A stretch of 64,000 nucleotides of DNA from Scyliorhinus canicula (GCF_902713615.1 NC_052160.1:117034708-117098707), one strand, 5' to 3'. Shown: positions 1 to 12,390, numbered from the stretch's first letter. A program made the numbers and translations. Notes: generated by a model not told the origin, from the sequence alone.

Positions 1-233
1 TTGAATTGATGATTTCTTGTCCAAAGAGATTTGGCGAAATTCTCTGCCTCCCACTGCCAGTAGTGGAGTTACCGATGGGACGGAGAATCCAGCGTTGTGA
101 AGAAAGGCGTCGATCTGTTACCGAAGCTCTGGCGCCCCCCTGGTGTTGGGATCCAGGTTTGCGACCCATGCCAGGTGGAGAATGCAAATGGGTCATTAAG
201 ACAATTGCATCCATTTAGCAGGTTGGACACCAT

Positions 234-967
234 GGGCGGGATTCTCCGACCCCGGGGCCGTGTCAGAGAATCGCCTGGTCGGGCACGATTCACGGGATAC
301 CTCCCCGACGCTGGTCCGCCGATTCTCCGGTCACTGGAGAATCGGCGTCATTGGCGTCGGAGCGGTCAGCGCGGCGCTGGTCGGCGGCCACTCTTTGCGC
401 CCCCCCCCCCCTCGGCGATTCACCGCCCGGGATGGGCCAAGTGGTCACCAAGAAAACCCGAGTCCCGCCGGTGCCGTTCACATGTGGTCTTACCCGGCGG
501 AACCTCGGTGTCCATCCTGTGGGGGGTGGCCTGGTTGCCGGGGGGGGGGGGGGGGGGGGGGGGAGGGCGGGAGGGAGGAGGGGTGATCCGACCCTGGGGG
601 TGGCCTCCACAGTGGCCTGGCCTGTGATCAGGGCCTACTGATCGGCAGGCCGGCTTCTCCTGGTGGGGGCCTCTTTTACTCCGCGCTAGCCCCTGTAGCT
701 CTCCGCCATGTTGCATCAGGGCCAGCGTGGCGAAGGAAGCTAGTGCGCATGCACGAGTTCGCGCCGGCTGCAGCGCGCATGCACAGACCTGCGGCACCCG
801 TTTGACGCCAGTATCGGCAGTTGGAGCTGCGTGAGTTGTTCCAGTCCAATGCTGGCCCCTGTAGGGCTCAGGATCACTTCTCCTGGGGGCCTGTTGATGC
901 TGTTGTAAAACGCAACGGCGTTTACAACAGCGACAACACTTAGCCCAAGGATCAGAGAATCCCGCCC
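234..967. mobile_element. Harbinger-type MITE (734 bp)
   Basis: Perfect 13-bp TIRs GGGCGGGATTCTC / GAGAATCCCGCCC; 3-bp TSD CAT at 231-233 and 968-970; GC/CpG-rich; related to 19817-20497. Confidence 0.9.
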
Positions 968-1175
968 CATAGTTTCTGGGCCCTCATGATTCTCCGGTCC
1001 TCTGGGAGAATTAGTGCAGAATGTATCAGTCCTAACAAGCATGACCTTGATATGGTGGACCTCGCGGTGGGCCAAGGGGTAACTCTTTAAGGGAGTTGCC
1101 TCCAAAGTCCATCCGAGGGCCAACCTCCCCCCCCCCACAATGCAAGACAACCCCCCCCCCCCACGACCACCCACC

Positions 1176-1567
1176 AGAGACCCCTAAATAAAGAAACCCC
1201 CAGACACCCCCTAAGTAAGGAAACCCTCCTGAGACCCGCTAAATAGACTCCCACCCCACAGAAACTCCTTAAATAAGGAGAACCCTCAGACACACCATAG
1301 ATAAGGAACCCCCCAAGACCCCTAAATAAAGAGACCCCTTAATAAGGAGACCCCCCACAAGCCCCAGAAAAGTAACCCCTGCCAGGAAGCCCCCCAGAAG
1401 AGAGACCCCTGTCAGGAAACCCCCAAGAAAAGAGACCCCTGTCAGGAAGCCCGTCAGAATAGAGACCAATGTCAGGAAGCCTCCCATAAAAGAGCCCCCT
1501 GCCAGGAAACCCCCAAGAAAAGAGACCCCTGTCAGGAACCTCCCCACCCCCAGAAGAGGGACCCCTG
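1176..1567. repeat. ~26-30 bp minisatellite (AGAGACCCCTGTCAGGAAACCCCCAAGAAA-like)
   Basis: Visible tandem units, 30-bp period at ~1371-1545; explains the 10-aa repeat in ORF 1269..1547. Confidence 0.85.
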
Positions 1568-2386
1568 TTTCTTGTCTATTAGCTAGGGGGAAGTTCAGAA
1601 AAAAATCACTGCTTTAGCACTCACCTGGACAATACACCTGCTGGTTCATGCAAAGGAAGCACCAATTGTCAATTCCTGGAAAGGAAAAACTAGTCGGCTG
1701 TGTTTTGATCTGCAAGGCACTCATTTATTTCTCTTTGATATTGATTTTACTAAGCTGTGATTGACAGCTTCCACACACAGCTGGTTGCATTGTTCCATTC
1801 GTCATCCTCCACGGTTGAATAACTGAGGTGCTCTCTCAGTAATATTTATAAACATCAAGTTTTGATTGACAGTTCCTGGACCACTTCCAACAGAATTAAA
1901 TGCTTTCCAATCACCTCCCTTCACAGTTGAGTTGTCATCTAGAAGTTCAGATCGGTAGTGCAACTCAGGTGCAATTCGGCTCTGGTGGGAGAACAAAAAC
2001 AGAGAATTTTGTCCATTGCCTTACAGTTTGCTGCATTGAAATGTAGGGAGGTCACACAATGAGAGAATGAAAGGTTCTTCAAAGGCTGCCATGCTGTCTA
2101 TCTGCTCTCAAAGTCTTTTCCTGTCCACTTGATTTTTAAAATCAATTTGTCTACTTTTATGCCAATATCATGTCCTCTCGGTCCAATTTAATATAGTCTG
2201 CGGGGGTAATTTTTATCTACACTGCTTTGGTGGTAAAACCATCGGACTTCACTGGGATGAAATTTGGCTGAGTTCCAGAATGGGTGGAGAATCTGCTCTG
2301 TTGCACTACTACCCAAATGGCAAAGTATAAAATTAATGCACATATCAAGAACAAAAACAGGCTTTGCACTGACCCTGAGGTACAAT

Positions 2387-2680
2387 GGGCAGCACGGTAG
2401 CATTGTGGATAGCGCCATGGCTTCACAGCTCCAGGGTCCCAGGTTCGATTCTGGCTTGTGTCACTGTCTGTGCGGAGTCTGCACATCCTCCCCGTGTGTG
2501 CGTGGGTTTCCTCTGGGTGCTCCAGTTAGGTGGATTGGCCATGGTAAATTGCCCTTAGTGTCCAAAATTGCCTTTAGTGTTGGGTGGGTTTACTGGGTTA
2601 AGGGGATAGGGTGGGGGTTTCCAAGAGCCGGTGCAGACTCGATGGGCCGAATGGCCTCCTTCTGCACTGTAAATTCTATA
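2387..2680 (+). mobile_element. HE1-type V-SINE (tRNA head, V-domain, CR1-like tail) with internal deletions
   Basis: GGGCAGCACGGTAGC head, B-box GGTTCGATTC, V-domain TGCGTGGGTTTCCTC, tail GATGGGCCGAATGGCCTCCTTCTGCACTGTAAATTCTAT. Confidence 0.9.
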
Positions 2681-2944
2681 ACTGATATCACTTTCAACTC
2701 CTGTTCAACCTGGGAAACACATCACTAATTCTAAACAACCTGTTTCTTGTCTATCACCAAATATTTTAGCATTTTACCTCATTCCACACAACCACAATTA
2801 TGCAGCAAGTCTCATGTAAGACACCACTTTCTGAAAATCCAAACATCTACTCGATCCATTTCATTAACAATCTTTGTCAAATGTGACTTACCTTTAACAA
2901 TCAGGCTGAGTGTTCTTGTTTATGTTCTGCACTCTAAATTCTCA

Positions 2945-3293
2945 ATATAAGACTTGTGTTTATATAGTGCTGCTCACAACATGAAATGATAATCGCTTAT
3001 TGTCACAAGTAGGCTTCAAATGAAGTTACTGTGAAAACCCCCTAGCCGCCACATTCCGGCGCCTGTTCAGGGAATTGAACCGTGCTGCTGGCCTGCCTTG
3101 GTCTGCTTTCAAAGCCAGCGATTTAGCCCTGTGCTAAACAGCAGGCTGTATCAAAGCACATGATAGCTAATGAGGTACTTCAAGAGGTGTTGCCAGGTAT
3201 TGTAGTGAAGGAAATATGGCAATCAATTTAAGCATAGCAAGCTCGGACAAACAGCAATGAAATAATAACAGAGAACCTGTACTTAGTGATATT
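2945..3293 (-). mobile_element. Decayed DeuSINE (SacSINE1-like) 3' part, interrupted by later insertions and resuming near 4317
   Basis: Motifs GACTTGTGTTTATATAGTGC, CTAATGAGGTACTT and GCATAGCAAG..ACAAACAGCAATGA match my recollection of the reverse strand of shark DeuSINE. Confidence 0.5.
2981..3142 (-). mobile_element. Short tRNA-derived SINE (type C: no V-domain, GTGACAATAAG tail)
   Basis: Homologous to 27322-27490 and 56060-56238; minus-strand B-box GGTTCAATTCC; tail CAGTAACTTCATTTGAAGCCTACTTGTGACAATAAGCG. Confidence 0.85.
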
Positions 3294-4313
3294 GAGCAGA
3301 ATTTCCTGCGCTCTCTGATGGTGAAATTGCAGGTCAGAAGGACATTTAATATTTTTTATAATAATCTTTATTGCCACAAGTATGCTTACATTAACACTGC
3401 AATTAAGTTACTGTGAAAAGCCCCTAGTTGCCACATTCTGGCGCCTGTTCGGGTACACAGAGGGAGAATTAAGAATGTCCAATTCACTTAACAAGCACGT
3501 CTTTCGGGACTTGTAGGAGGAAACCGGAGCACCCGTAGGAAACCCACGCAGACACGGGGAGGATGTGCAGACTCCACACAGACAGTGACCCAAGCCAAGA
3601 ATCGAACCTGGGACCCTGGAGCTGTGGAGCAACAGTGCTACCCACTGCACTACCGTGCTGTCCCAGGATGGGCAGGATGGTAGCAGGCCTGAATTCTATC
3701 ACCTTCCCACCTCTGCCAGAATTAAGGTCTGAGTGGGAAGGCCGCCAATAAAGCCCTTAAGTGGCCAATTATTGATTATTCGAGGGCTTTTTTCCATCAC
3801 CACTGGTTTTCATCAAGCTGCAGATGGGCCTATTGCCATGCAGTATGCACTGTGTGGCCAGACTGTCATCTCTGGGGTTGGGAAGTTTGAAGCACTCAAT
3901 GATTGAGTGGCTGAACATTGGGAAGGGGGTGGCCTGCTGAGGACCACTCCATGCCCTTGCTGTTGACCCCTCTCCACCCCTTTTCCCATGATGCCCTGCC
4001 CATAAATCTTCCCCATCCAAATTTACTTACCTGTGGCCGAGGTCACTCCCCGATCCAGGGATTCTGGCTCCTGTCCTGGCAGCAGCCACCACCTTCCCAG
4101 TGTGCTGCTGAGCACAAAAGCTGCTGGCTGTTGATTGGCCAGTAACTCTTGGTAGATGAGAATTGTACCTCTAGGTCTTGATTCCAGTCAAAGGCCAACC
4201 ACTGGTCTTGCCATTTCCTGATTGGCCTGTGTCCCGGAATGAGGCAACGTGGGTCTCTGGCCAGCTCTCCAGCCAACAGGTGAGATCCTTGACACCTCAA
4301 CAAGATTCCACCC
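3294..4313. mobile_element. Old non-autonomous Harbinger-like element containing a SINE
   Basis: Degenerate TIRs GAGCAGAATTTCC / CAAGATTCCACCC; ATT at 3291-3293 and 4314-4316 (candidate TSD); shares GTGGCCAATTA motif with 8969-9720. Confidence 0.5.
3352..3664 (-). mobile_element. V-SINE type B (V-domain, GTCCCGAAAGACGTGC segment, (ATT)n-ended tail)
   Basis: tRNA head and V-domain on minus strand; homologous to 17489-17765, 37218-37508 and 48582-48854. Confidence 0.9.
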
Positions 4314-4377
4314 ATTGACTGAGAGTTAAATGTTGGTGAGAGTGATGCCACTGAGTCAAATCTAACAGTGTGGCATC

Positions 4378-4850
4378 AAATCATAGAATTATAGAAAAGT
4401 TACAGCATAGGAGGCCATTCAGCCTATCTTGTCCATGCCAAACGAGAACACCCAGGTGCCCTTTTTAATCCCACCTTCCAGCACTCATTCCATAGCTCTG
4501 TATCTTACAGCACTTAATGTGCAGATCCAGGTACTTTTTAAAAGAGTTTGGAGTCTCTGCGTCTACCGTGAACCCAGACAGCGAATTCCAGACGCCCGCT
4601 ATCCTCTGCGTAAAACAGCTCTCCCTCATGGCCCCTTTACATCTTCTGCCACTTATCTTGTATCTATATCCCGTGGTTCTAGAATTCTCCATCAAGGGAA
4701 ACAATTTTACCCTGTTCACTCTATCTCTTCCCCTCATAATTTTTTAACATCTCAATTAAGTCACCCCTCATCCTTCTCTGTTCCACGAAAGATAACCAAT
4801 CTCCAATCTCTCTTCGTAGCGACACTTTTCTAGCCCCAGCAACGTTCTTG
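4378..4850 (-). mobile_element. CR1 LINE 3' end
   Basis: CATAGAAT-type tail; ORF 4465..4737 'FTQRIAGVWNSL...NSFKKYLD' is the CR1 ORF2 C-terminal motif. Confidence 0.85.
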
Positions 4851-4910
4851 TTACACTAATATTATCTCAAATTATGAATATGGAGGGTTTGTCAACAACT
4901 GCTATTAAGT

Positions 4911-5104
4911 ATTTTTTTATCTAAAGGACAATTTAGTATGGTCAGTCCACCTAACCTGGACATCTTGGGGTTGTGGGATGAAACCAATGGAGACAGGGGA
5001 GTGAAGGTACAATCTCCACACAGACAGTGACCCAGGGTCGGGATTGAACCTGGGTCCTCAGCACCGTAGGCAGCAGTTCTAACCACTGCGCCACCATGCC
5101 GCCC
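4911..5104 (-). mobile_element. Short V-SINE type D (A-rich tail) with 16-bp TSD
   Basis: Minus-strand head GGGCGGCATGGTGGCGCAGTGG; TSD ACAACTGCTATTAAGT (4895-4910) / ACAACTGATATTAAGT (5105-5120). Confidence 0.85.
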
Positions 5105-5287
5105 ACAACTGATATTAAGTTAACTGATTTCTAGTTTACCTGTCTCTTCTTGAAGACAGGTATTATCTTGGATATCATCTAATTCTCTGAGGACTTGTGA
5201 GTAGAATCCTGCTCTCATCTCTGACTTTCTTCAACTGTTTAGACAGGAAGATCAGACTGAAAACAAAATTGACCAATAGTAGGATAC

Positions 5288-5928
5288 TGTTATGGGCCAG
5301 GGCTTAGAAACTCCAAGTGTATTATGAAGTTCACCTGGATGAGCACAAAAGCCTTTGCTTCAGGTGTGATTCATCAGGCTTCCTAGGCACTTTAATCAAA
5401 ACAAGGTTTATTCCAAGAATGCAGTTAACATATATATATAAATACAGCAAGAATTTTTTATCAATTAAAAACACAACAGAACAGCTACAGTAGTCTATGA
5501 ATTCCCCCTTAGCTGTTCCAATTCAATAACAAACTCCAATAAACCAAAACCCCTTTCAAGAGCGTGATCCAGCACACTGTATTCTCACTTGAATGGGACT
5601 GGTCCTTTCCCTGAGATTCTGATCCAGTTTCAAACAGTTTCAAACTCCTTCTGGAAAACAACTCTATCTTCGAAGTTACCAAGGCAGTTAGCCACACCCA
5701 GTGTGCTTTTCACTGGAACGGCATTTAAAATGAAAACAGAGAAAAACAGGGAAAACACTTCTTTCTCCTTCTGCAGTCCAGAGCAACCAAACGAAAACTG
5801 AAACCCCCAAAATACCCTCTCACCTGACAGCCAGAGCCCAGCTACACCCACAAATGACATCACTGAAGCCGTGCTACAAGTCACATGATAAGAGACCAAA
5901 TCTTTCTTAAAGAGACACTCACATGACA
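5288..5928 (-). mobile_element. Solo LTR (Gypsy-type)
   Basis: TGTTA...TGACA termini, 4-bp TSD ATAC (5284-5287 / 5929-5932), AATAAA on minus strand near 5410. Confidence 0.8.
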
Positions 5929-5977
5929 ATACAGTAAGACAAAGTAGAGAACCATTCGTGAACAATCCCTGCATTAA

Positions 5978-6190
5978 CATTCGGCATCGTCTTCTAGCCC
6001 TTCCCACCACCAGGATCTTTGTGTCCCGCTGAACGCGACCACCTGTGGCAGGTTCTCCGGCGGTGGGACGGGCAAAATGCGTGAAACATCGTAAACAACG
6101 GCAGGGCTGGAAGACCCCACTGGCAGCCAATGGCGAGTCTTCTTCACGGCCGGAAAACACGCCGTGGGGAGGGGCCAAAACATCCCATTC
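5978..6190. mobile_element. Decayed ~200-bp Harbinger-type MITE
   Basis: Resembles 38780-38993, 47927-48116 and 56922-57110 (GGATC..TCCCGCTG, GGAAAACAC motifs). Confidence 0.45.
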
Positions 6191-7777
6191 ATTATTTTTA
6201 ACACATTATGATATCCATGCAGTTTTGTGTGGAAGCGCTTTTTGCTTTGGTTTATTGAAGTAAAATAACATTGGTTGACTCATGAGCCAGAAAGTATAGA
6301 ATACTAAACAATGCAACAATTAAAAAAGAAACCAGGGCTGACATTTTAGAATGTGTCAAAGTAATGGTGCTAGCGTTAATTATTGAATTAACATTTTCTG
6401 TAGTTACTTCTGCTAATCACCTCTGGAATAGGGGAAGGGAAGGCAAAAAAAAACCTCAATGTATATGAGTAAAAAGCTGTGGGAACTGTTTCAGACGCCA
6501 CCCTTCCAAACACTGGGATATTGCTTTTAAAATCATAGTACAACTCGGAACAGCAATTTATTCAAAGTTGATTTATTTTTTATTACCATCAAAACATATT
6601 TGCGACATGTCTGACTGATCTCATTGATACTCCATAGCAGGCAGGTGCACATGCAGTGATATAATACACCCCAGGGCCATAGTCGGCACTGTGAATTACC
6701 ACAGGTCCTCTCCTAAATGAATTAGGAGGCCTTAAACCCATGGGAAAGACCACAGTTTGGTTGCTGTGGCAACCCATTTTGTGCCAGGGTAGTATCTGAT
6801 CCCAGAGTTAATTAAGGCAATTATGGCAATGCACCAGATGCTCAGGCAACTTGAGCTCCATTTGACCACCTTTCAAACCCTTTTGTTACAAGTCCACTGT
6901 GCGCAGAAGAATTAACAAAAGTCTGTCACTTTATACATGAACAAAGTGTTTTCAACTTCATCTTTGGACAACACAATATTTGATCCTGGTTTCTGTGGAT
7001 TTAATGCAGATTTCACCACGTCAGTCATTAATAAAAAATGCCATAACCTGTTAAAACGCACAGTTTAACACCCCACATTAAAATAACGGAGGTGAATTTC
7101 ATCTAAACATCACTTCCAGTCAATTCACAGGTTGTATTTTAGAGAATTATAATGAAGTTTTAAACGATGAAGAAATCCATTCTATTACCATTATAAAAAG
7201 ATGGTCTAAAAATCCTATTCATTGAATAAAGTCTATATTAATAACAAAGTGGGATGAAAAAGATCGCTTCAGCCAAAACAGTTTCTATCCATTTTATGTC
7301 ATGATTCATGGTGATACAGATTAACAAAAGACTATTTTTATACCTATGCAGATTTATGCCTGTATCAGTCAGTTACACAACTGATGCCTCAATGCAACAC
7401 AGTGACATTATCCATTATCATGAAGAGTGATCTGCTAAAACCCCTGTCTGAATCGGATACCATATTCCTTTGCATGCTCACATTCATTAATCAGTCTTAA
7501 AGTGACTTATTTTTAACCCTCCAGCTATTTATGTCAATCAACCCTTCATATTGACATGCTTTACATATTCTTCTTACATTCCATCCAAGCATTATTAAAA
7601 TGATATGAACAATTAAGATAACACTGCTAAATTTTTCCCCTCTTCTTCCATCTTTAAGAAATTCTGATCGACATAGACAAAGAAAAATCTTTCTAAAGAA
7701 CCTTGCGAACAGGATGAATGTACCACCAATGAACATTTTCCATGCCTCCAGATCAAAATTAACATTGAGGCCCATGA

Positions 7778-7805
7778 TCACCAACTCTCTCTAAGGGCAT
7801 GATAC
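7778..7805 (-). other. Candidate terminal exon start of an unidentified minus-strand transcript
   Basis: Acceptor GTTTTCTCTCTCTCTCTCTCTACAG|G at 7805; frames close quickly (xYHALRESW* with stop 7778-7780, or xIMPLERVGDHGPQC*); AT-rich UTR-like sequence with minus-strand AATAAA near 6560 and 6255. The pyrimidine tract is also a (CT)n microsatellite. Confidence 0.35.
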
Positions 7806-8058
7806 CTGTAGAGAGAGAGAGAGAGAAAACTTATTTCTAATAGATTGTAGAATATAATAAAAGTCTAGGATTTTTCTAATCTAAGACATCTTGCATGGCT
7901 AGCCTGCCCCACTGCTGGGGAACCCATTATGGATGGGGCGCCTTTGATGGGACCGGAAGATCCTGCCTCGGGAAGGGCTGGAAAATCAAACAAACAATAT
8001 GTCCCATATCAGGAGAATCCACAACATTACATTTTAACTCGAGTTGTTTGTTTTGGTT

Positions 8059-8140
8059 ACATAGGAATTAGGAGCAGGAGAAGGACATTTGGCCCCTCGA
8101 GCTTGCTCTGCCATTCAATAAGATCCTGGCGGATCTAATT
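8059..8140 (-). mobile_element. CR1 3' tail fragment
   Basis: ACATAGGAATTAGGAGCAGGAG..GGCCCCTCGAGCTTGCTCTGCCATTCAAT matches the CR1 end at 24322-24400. Confidence 0.7.
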
Positions 8141-8535
8141 CCTGACGAATGAAAGCCTTTAATCTGTTGCCATTACATATTGAACCTTTTAACTGTAATT
8201 ATCTAGGCACGAATAAGGGAATCCAGTATGGTGACTTCATCAAACATGCAAGTATTTTCTGTTGCCATGGGACACCAAGGAAATGAAAGACTGAATTAAC
8301 TCTCAAGTCACAGCTGCATGCTTGCAGTGAAAGCCATTGCTGGAATGATGAGTTCTACCAGTAAATGAGGGGTCAGACGACAGAGTTTACATCATTTAGA
8401 TCACTCCAAAGTAAATTTCATATTGGTCTCGGTTTGATGTGAATCTGATCGTCCTACGAGTGTGAACGGATCATTTAGACTAGTCTTTCAGATGGACTTT
8501 TTCTATTGCATTAATTGACACAAACACTCCTTCTA

Positions 8536-8730
8536 TGGCTTTGCTATCTTTTTCCAATACCAGCCCATAGAGTGGTTTCTACTGTACAACAGGAGGATTT
8601 CATAGGTTTCCACGATCCGCATGAAAAGGTGAGGGGGACATCATACTCACCAGATAATACTATCCTATTAGGTACCAACCCAGAATTCAGAGCCACAAGA
8701 TTTGGTCTTCACCAGGATTGACTGTAGCAG
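8536..8730 (+). repeat. Unidentified ~200-bp sequence, copy A (inverted homologue at 13190-13385)
   Basis: Aligns by eye with the reverse complement of 13190-13385 (shared ATGGCTTTG, TACAACAGGAGGA, GGTTTCCA, TCATACTCA, CCAGAATTCAGAGCCACA.GATTT.GTCTTCAC). Confidence 0.85.
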
Positions 8731-8968
8731 GATTTGAGTCTTGTATGTTGTAACGTGTGATCAGAATATTACCACTCCGTCAAATGCTCGCTCCATCAGA
8801 GGATTACAGGAATACAGCAAATAAAATAACTTTGCATTGCAATAATGAAGTGTACAACATCTTATCGTAAATTTTAAACATTCACATTTTACACTTAAAA
8901 ATGGTATTGAGTGTGAATTTTTCAGCGGGTGATATTTAATTAACAAGCTGCCCTGCACATAAATACCC

Positions 8969-9720
8969 AGGGCAGAATCATCTCTCCCTGCTGGAGGCAA
9001 GGAAGGAGGCAGGGGAGGCATTCAAATTTGATGGGTTACCATCAGGATTGATGCCCAATGCCTCCCCACCTCGATAGGAATTAGGTTCTGGGCAGGAAGA
9101 TCCATATGGTCAACCTTTGCTGTGCCATCTCGACTTGAGAGCCTTATGTGGCCAATTAACAAAACGTAAGGGTCTGTTCACGTCTCCGCTGCAATTTTCA
9201 CAGTTCCAGGCAGGTAAGCGGACATGTGATCTGCACAACTGGTTAGGCTGTGGACACTACATGTCAAGGGGTAGGGTTCCTCGGCCTGCACTAATCTGTG
9301 TATGATTGAGAGGGTATGGACATGGGGTAGTTTCTGACAGCGCTCCCTCTGCCTTTGCTTCCGACCTGGCTCTCCTGTCCCCCTGTCTCAATGCCCCCCC
9401 ACCTGAGAAGATCCCTTCCCCCCCACCCCCACTATCTTTCTCCTTGCTCCTGGGACTCCGGGGCGAGCTGTTCCAACAGCAGCAATGGCCTCCCCCGTGG
9501 TGCTGTCAATCACAAGTGCTGATAGCCTCTGATAGATCGGCAGTTCCTCATAAGTGGAACTGTCACCTCTGGGGTCTTAATTCTGGAAGAAGGCCCTCTG
9601 GTATCCCTGGGTCTGATAGGATCCAGCGGACCTTCCATAGAAAAGGCAACTCGGGTCTCCTGCTATCTCTGCATCTGACAGTCGAAACCCTCGCTGCGAA
9701 TGGAATATTCCGTTCATAGT
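8969..9720. mobile_element. Old non-autonomous Harbinger-like element
   Basis: GGGCAGAATC start, GGAATATTCCG end; internal similarity to 3294-4313. Confidence 0.4.
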
Positions 9721-9829
9721 TTTTTTTTAAATATAGGAAGTCAGGGCAATAAATAGTATAAATTAAAATATCATTTTGACTGGTGTAGATGAAATGAGGT
9801 GAAAGGGTCACATAATTTCTCATCAGTGG

Positions 9830-10060
9830 AAGATTACTGGCAGCACAAGGCTATATTTACAGATGGTACCTGAGAAGTGCTGATGCACGCACTGAGGTAA
9901 AGCAGGAGGTTGTCCTGGCTCGTACTCAAGGGCACCTTCTCCAGTGAAGAGTTTCATGAAATGCCTGGCAAAAGATCGCTGACAGGGTGATTGCTGACTG
10001 GAAACTTAAACGACATGACTGCAAATGGAGGATAAAACAGCAACCTTGAGGATAGTTGCC
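9830..10060 (+). pseudogene. Highly decayed Harbinger Myb/SANT exon-1 remnant
   Basis: Translates in part to NAWQKIADRV, matching the 'AW.EVA..V' helix seen at 10782-11015. Confidence 0.4.
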
Positions 10061-10244
10061 AAGATGTTGCAACTCAATAGATTTACACACATAATATTTG
10101 TCCCAAATCCACTTGTCGTCAAGTATTCCCTCACAACCTGTTTGTCTTGTACACCAAGTCCCTCTTCCATTCAGTATTTGAGCTCTTCTATCGTTTTGTG
10201 TGAGAGGTATATAGCAGGATAGCACAAACTGGCAACAGCCGATA

Positions 10245-10522
10245 GATTTAGATGAGATGTAATTTATTGTCACATGTACCCGAGGTACAGTGAAACGTAT
10301 TGTTCTGCGTACAATCCAGATAGATCGTTCTATAAATATAAAACATAGGACTTCAAAGATACACCATTTAAATACATAGATGCAGGCATCGGGTGAAGCA
10401 CACCGAATGTAGTACAACTCAGTAGAGAAGATGTGTGAATGGAACAATTCAGTTCAAAGAGGGTCATTCAGGAGTCTGGTATCAGCGAGGAAGAAGCTGT
10501 TTTCGAACCTGTCGGCGCGTGT
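10245..10522 (-). mobile_element. 3' end of a Rex1/Babar- or L2-like LINE
   Basis: Minus strand encodes RFENSFF (Rex1-type C-terminal motif) and ends CACTGTACCTCGGGTACATGTGACAATAAA plus a short tandem tail. Confidence 0.6.
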
Positions 10523-10781
10523 AGACAGAGAGCGCAATTCTCCAGAAAAATCCAGTATGGTAGAGAACGGGAATTACCACAGGCTTCCCGGCCCTCAGCC
10601 GAGTGAGGCCGGCAACGCAATTCATTAATTGGTCTACTTAACAAGACCTCATGGGCTTCTTGCTGCAAATGATGGCTTGCCAGCTGATTTGCAAGGACCA
10701 TGGTCACCAGCTCCCCCCGCTAACAAGATCGAGCAGCACTTAAGCTACACTTGCTCAGCTAACCCCAGCCAACTCGCAGCA

Positions 10782-12390
10782 ATGACACTGAGGAGACCAA
10801 CCCCAAGATTCAAAGATGTTGACCTGGGGAGGCTCCTGGACACGATGGATGACAGGAAGAATTTCCTGTTCCCCCAAGGGTCCTGGAGGGTGAGCAACAA
10901 GGCAGCCAATGCTGCCTGGGGTGAGGTGGCGGCAGCCATAAGCCCGAACAGTGTGACCAATTGGACTGGCCAGCAGTGCAGGAATAAGATCAACGACCTA
11001 CACCAGGCAGCATGAGTGAGTAAACACTAAGAGCCCCCTAAACTCCCACCCCCCTGATGTGTCAGGCAGGTTGGTTCGACGTTGACTGCAACTGGATGCA
11101 GGGAAGCTAGAAACAAATGTCTGACACAGGAGATGATCCAACACTGTTTTATTTAACTATGGACTGCTGTACATGTTCAGCTGTGAGTTGACACTCTACT
11201 AATCCAACTGATGACCTCTTACTGGCTTGACCAGACTTACTAGCTACCGCATGGTAATAGTGCTCACTAACTTGTGCACGCTAACTGTCTCAGTAGCTGG
11301 GTTGGTCCCTGTGGGCTTTCTAGTGGTGGTGTCCTGTCTGGTGATTGGTTGTTCTGTGTTGTGTGTTCATTGGTCATCCTGTCTGCATGTCATTATATAC
11401 ATGAGTGGATATTATGAAACCCCCCAAGCGAGCATCCACCCCCCAACCTCCCAAGCGGCCCCCAGCCCTCCCTCCCCCTTACTCCCACATCCCCCCCAAA
11501 CCCACCTTATCACATCCTCTCCCACCACTATGAGCCATGCATGTGGCTAATGATGCCCTCTCTGTGTCCCTGGAAAGACTCTCCCACAATTGGCGGGAGA
11601 GGGCCCAGACTGGCGGTGGGGTGCCAGACATGAGACTCCTCACCTCCTTCGAGGGATGGGCATTGGAGGTAACCGAGGTGGCCGAGATTAGATTGGTCAG
11701 CCACGTGGAGGCTGGCATACGCCGCAGAGGTGAAGAATGAACTGTTCCACCCGGGGGATCTGTCAAATGTGAGTAGTGATTGCTTTACTGACTGACCCAT
11801 CCCTCCCACTGACCACATGTCCATTCTCTCTCAGGCCCTCCAGCCGACAGAGCCAGCCCAGCGTGGGCAGCACTCTCTCCTGATTCCGAGAACACCTTGG
11901 AGGAGAGGTCTGAGGATGCAACCGTTGTAGCGGCACAGCTGTCCTCCCCACCCTCCAGCATACACACACCTTGGTGAGACATGTTAGTGGACAGGCTTCT
12001 GAGGCACAATCTGATGAGTAACACACGGCTGATGATGGACGTACATCAGGTGAAGGCAGGAACCCCCAGGCGAGTCAGCAGTCGGAGGGTTGCAGGTCCC
12101 AGGACCCAGCTGGGTCCCAGCCTGATGCTGAGCCCGTGGAATAGGTCATCCCCGAGCTGATGGAGACGTTAGAGAGCAGTCGGGATGTTCAGAAAGAGAT
12201 GTCAACTTTGCTCCAGCAGATCCATAGCTGCTTGGAGGAGTCCGCGAGGTTACAGGCTCAGGAGATGGCGACGGCAATGAATGGCACTGAGGCCAACACT
12301 GCTATGATGGGGACCGCAGTGGAGAGCCTTATGCATGCCGTCGACACCACGAGTGAAGGTGTCCAAGGTGTTGCACAGTTGATGACTGCT
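10782..12390 (+). pseudogene. Harbinger Myb/SANT-like DNA-binding protein pseudogene (exons ~10782-11015, ~11573-11729, ~11835-12390)
   Basis: PRFKDVDLGRLLD...AAWGEVAAAIS...WTGQQCRNKINDL (Myb_DNA-bind_5-like) followed by a GTGAGT donor with a premature TGA; exon 2 HNWRERAQTGGG; exon 3 coiled-coil LEESARLQ. Confidence 0.85.
11055..11419 (-). mobile_element. Solo LTR inserted in Myb-gene intron 1
   Basis: TG start; end TATGAAA (probably mutated ..CA); CCCC on both sides; minus-strand AATAAA near 11150; composition differs from the C-rich intron. Confidence 0.6.

Larger units (their letters stand above)
32..2015. mobile_element. Old non-autonomous Harbinger-like element hosting a younger MITE and a minisatellite
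   Basis: Degenerate inverted ends TGGCGAAATTCTCT (~32) and AGAGAATTTTGTCCA (2001-2015) resemble the GGGCGGGATTCTC-type TIR; the sequence resumes after the nested MITE. Confidence 0.45.

Noticed and set aside
6-1174. GC-rich overlapping ORFs or a CpG-island promoter
   Set aside because: They lie inside TIR/TSD-bounded MITE sequence; the same applies at 19817-20497 and 61603-62170
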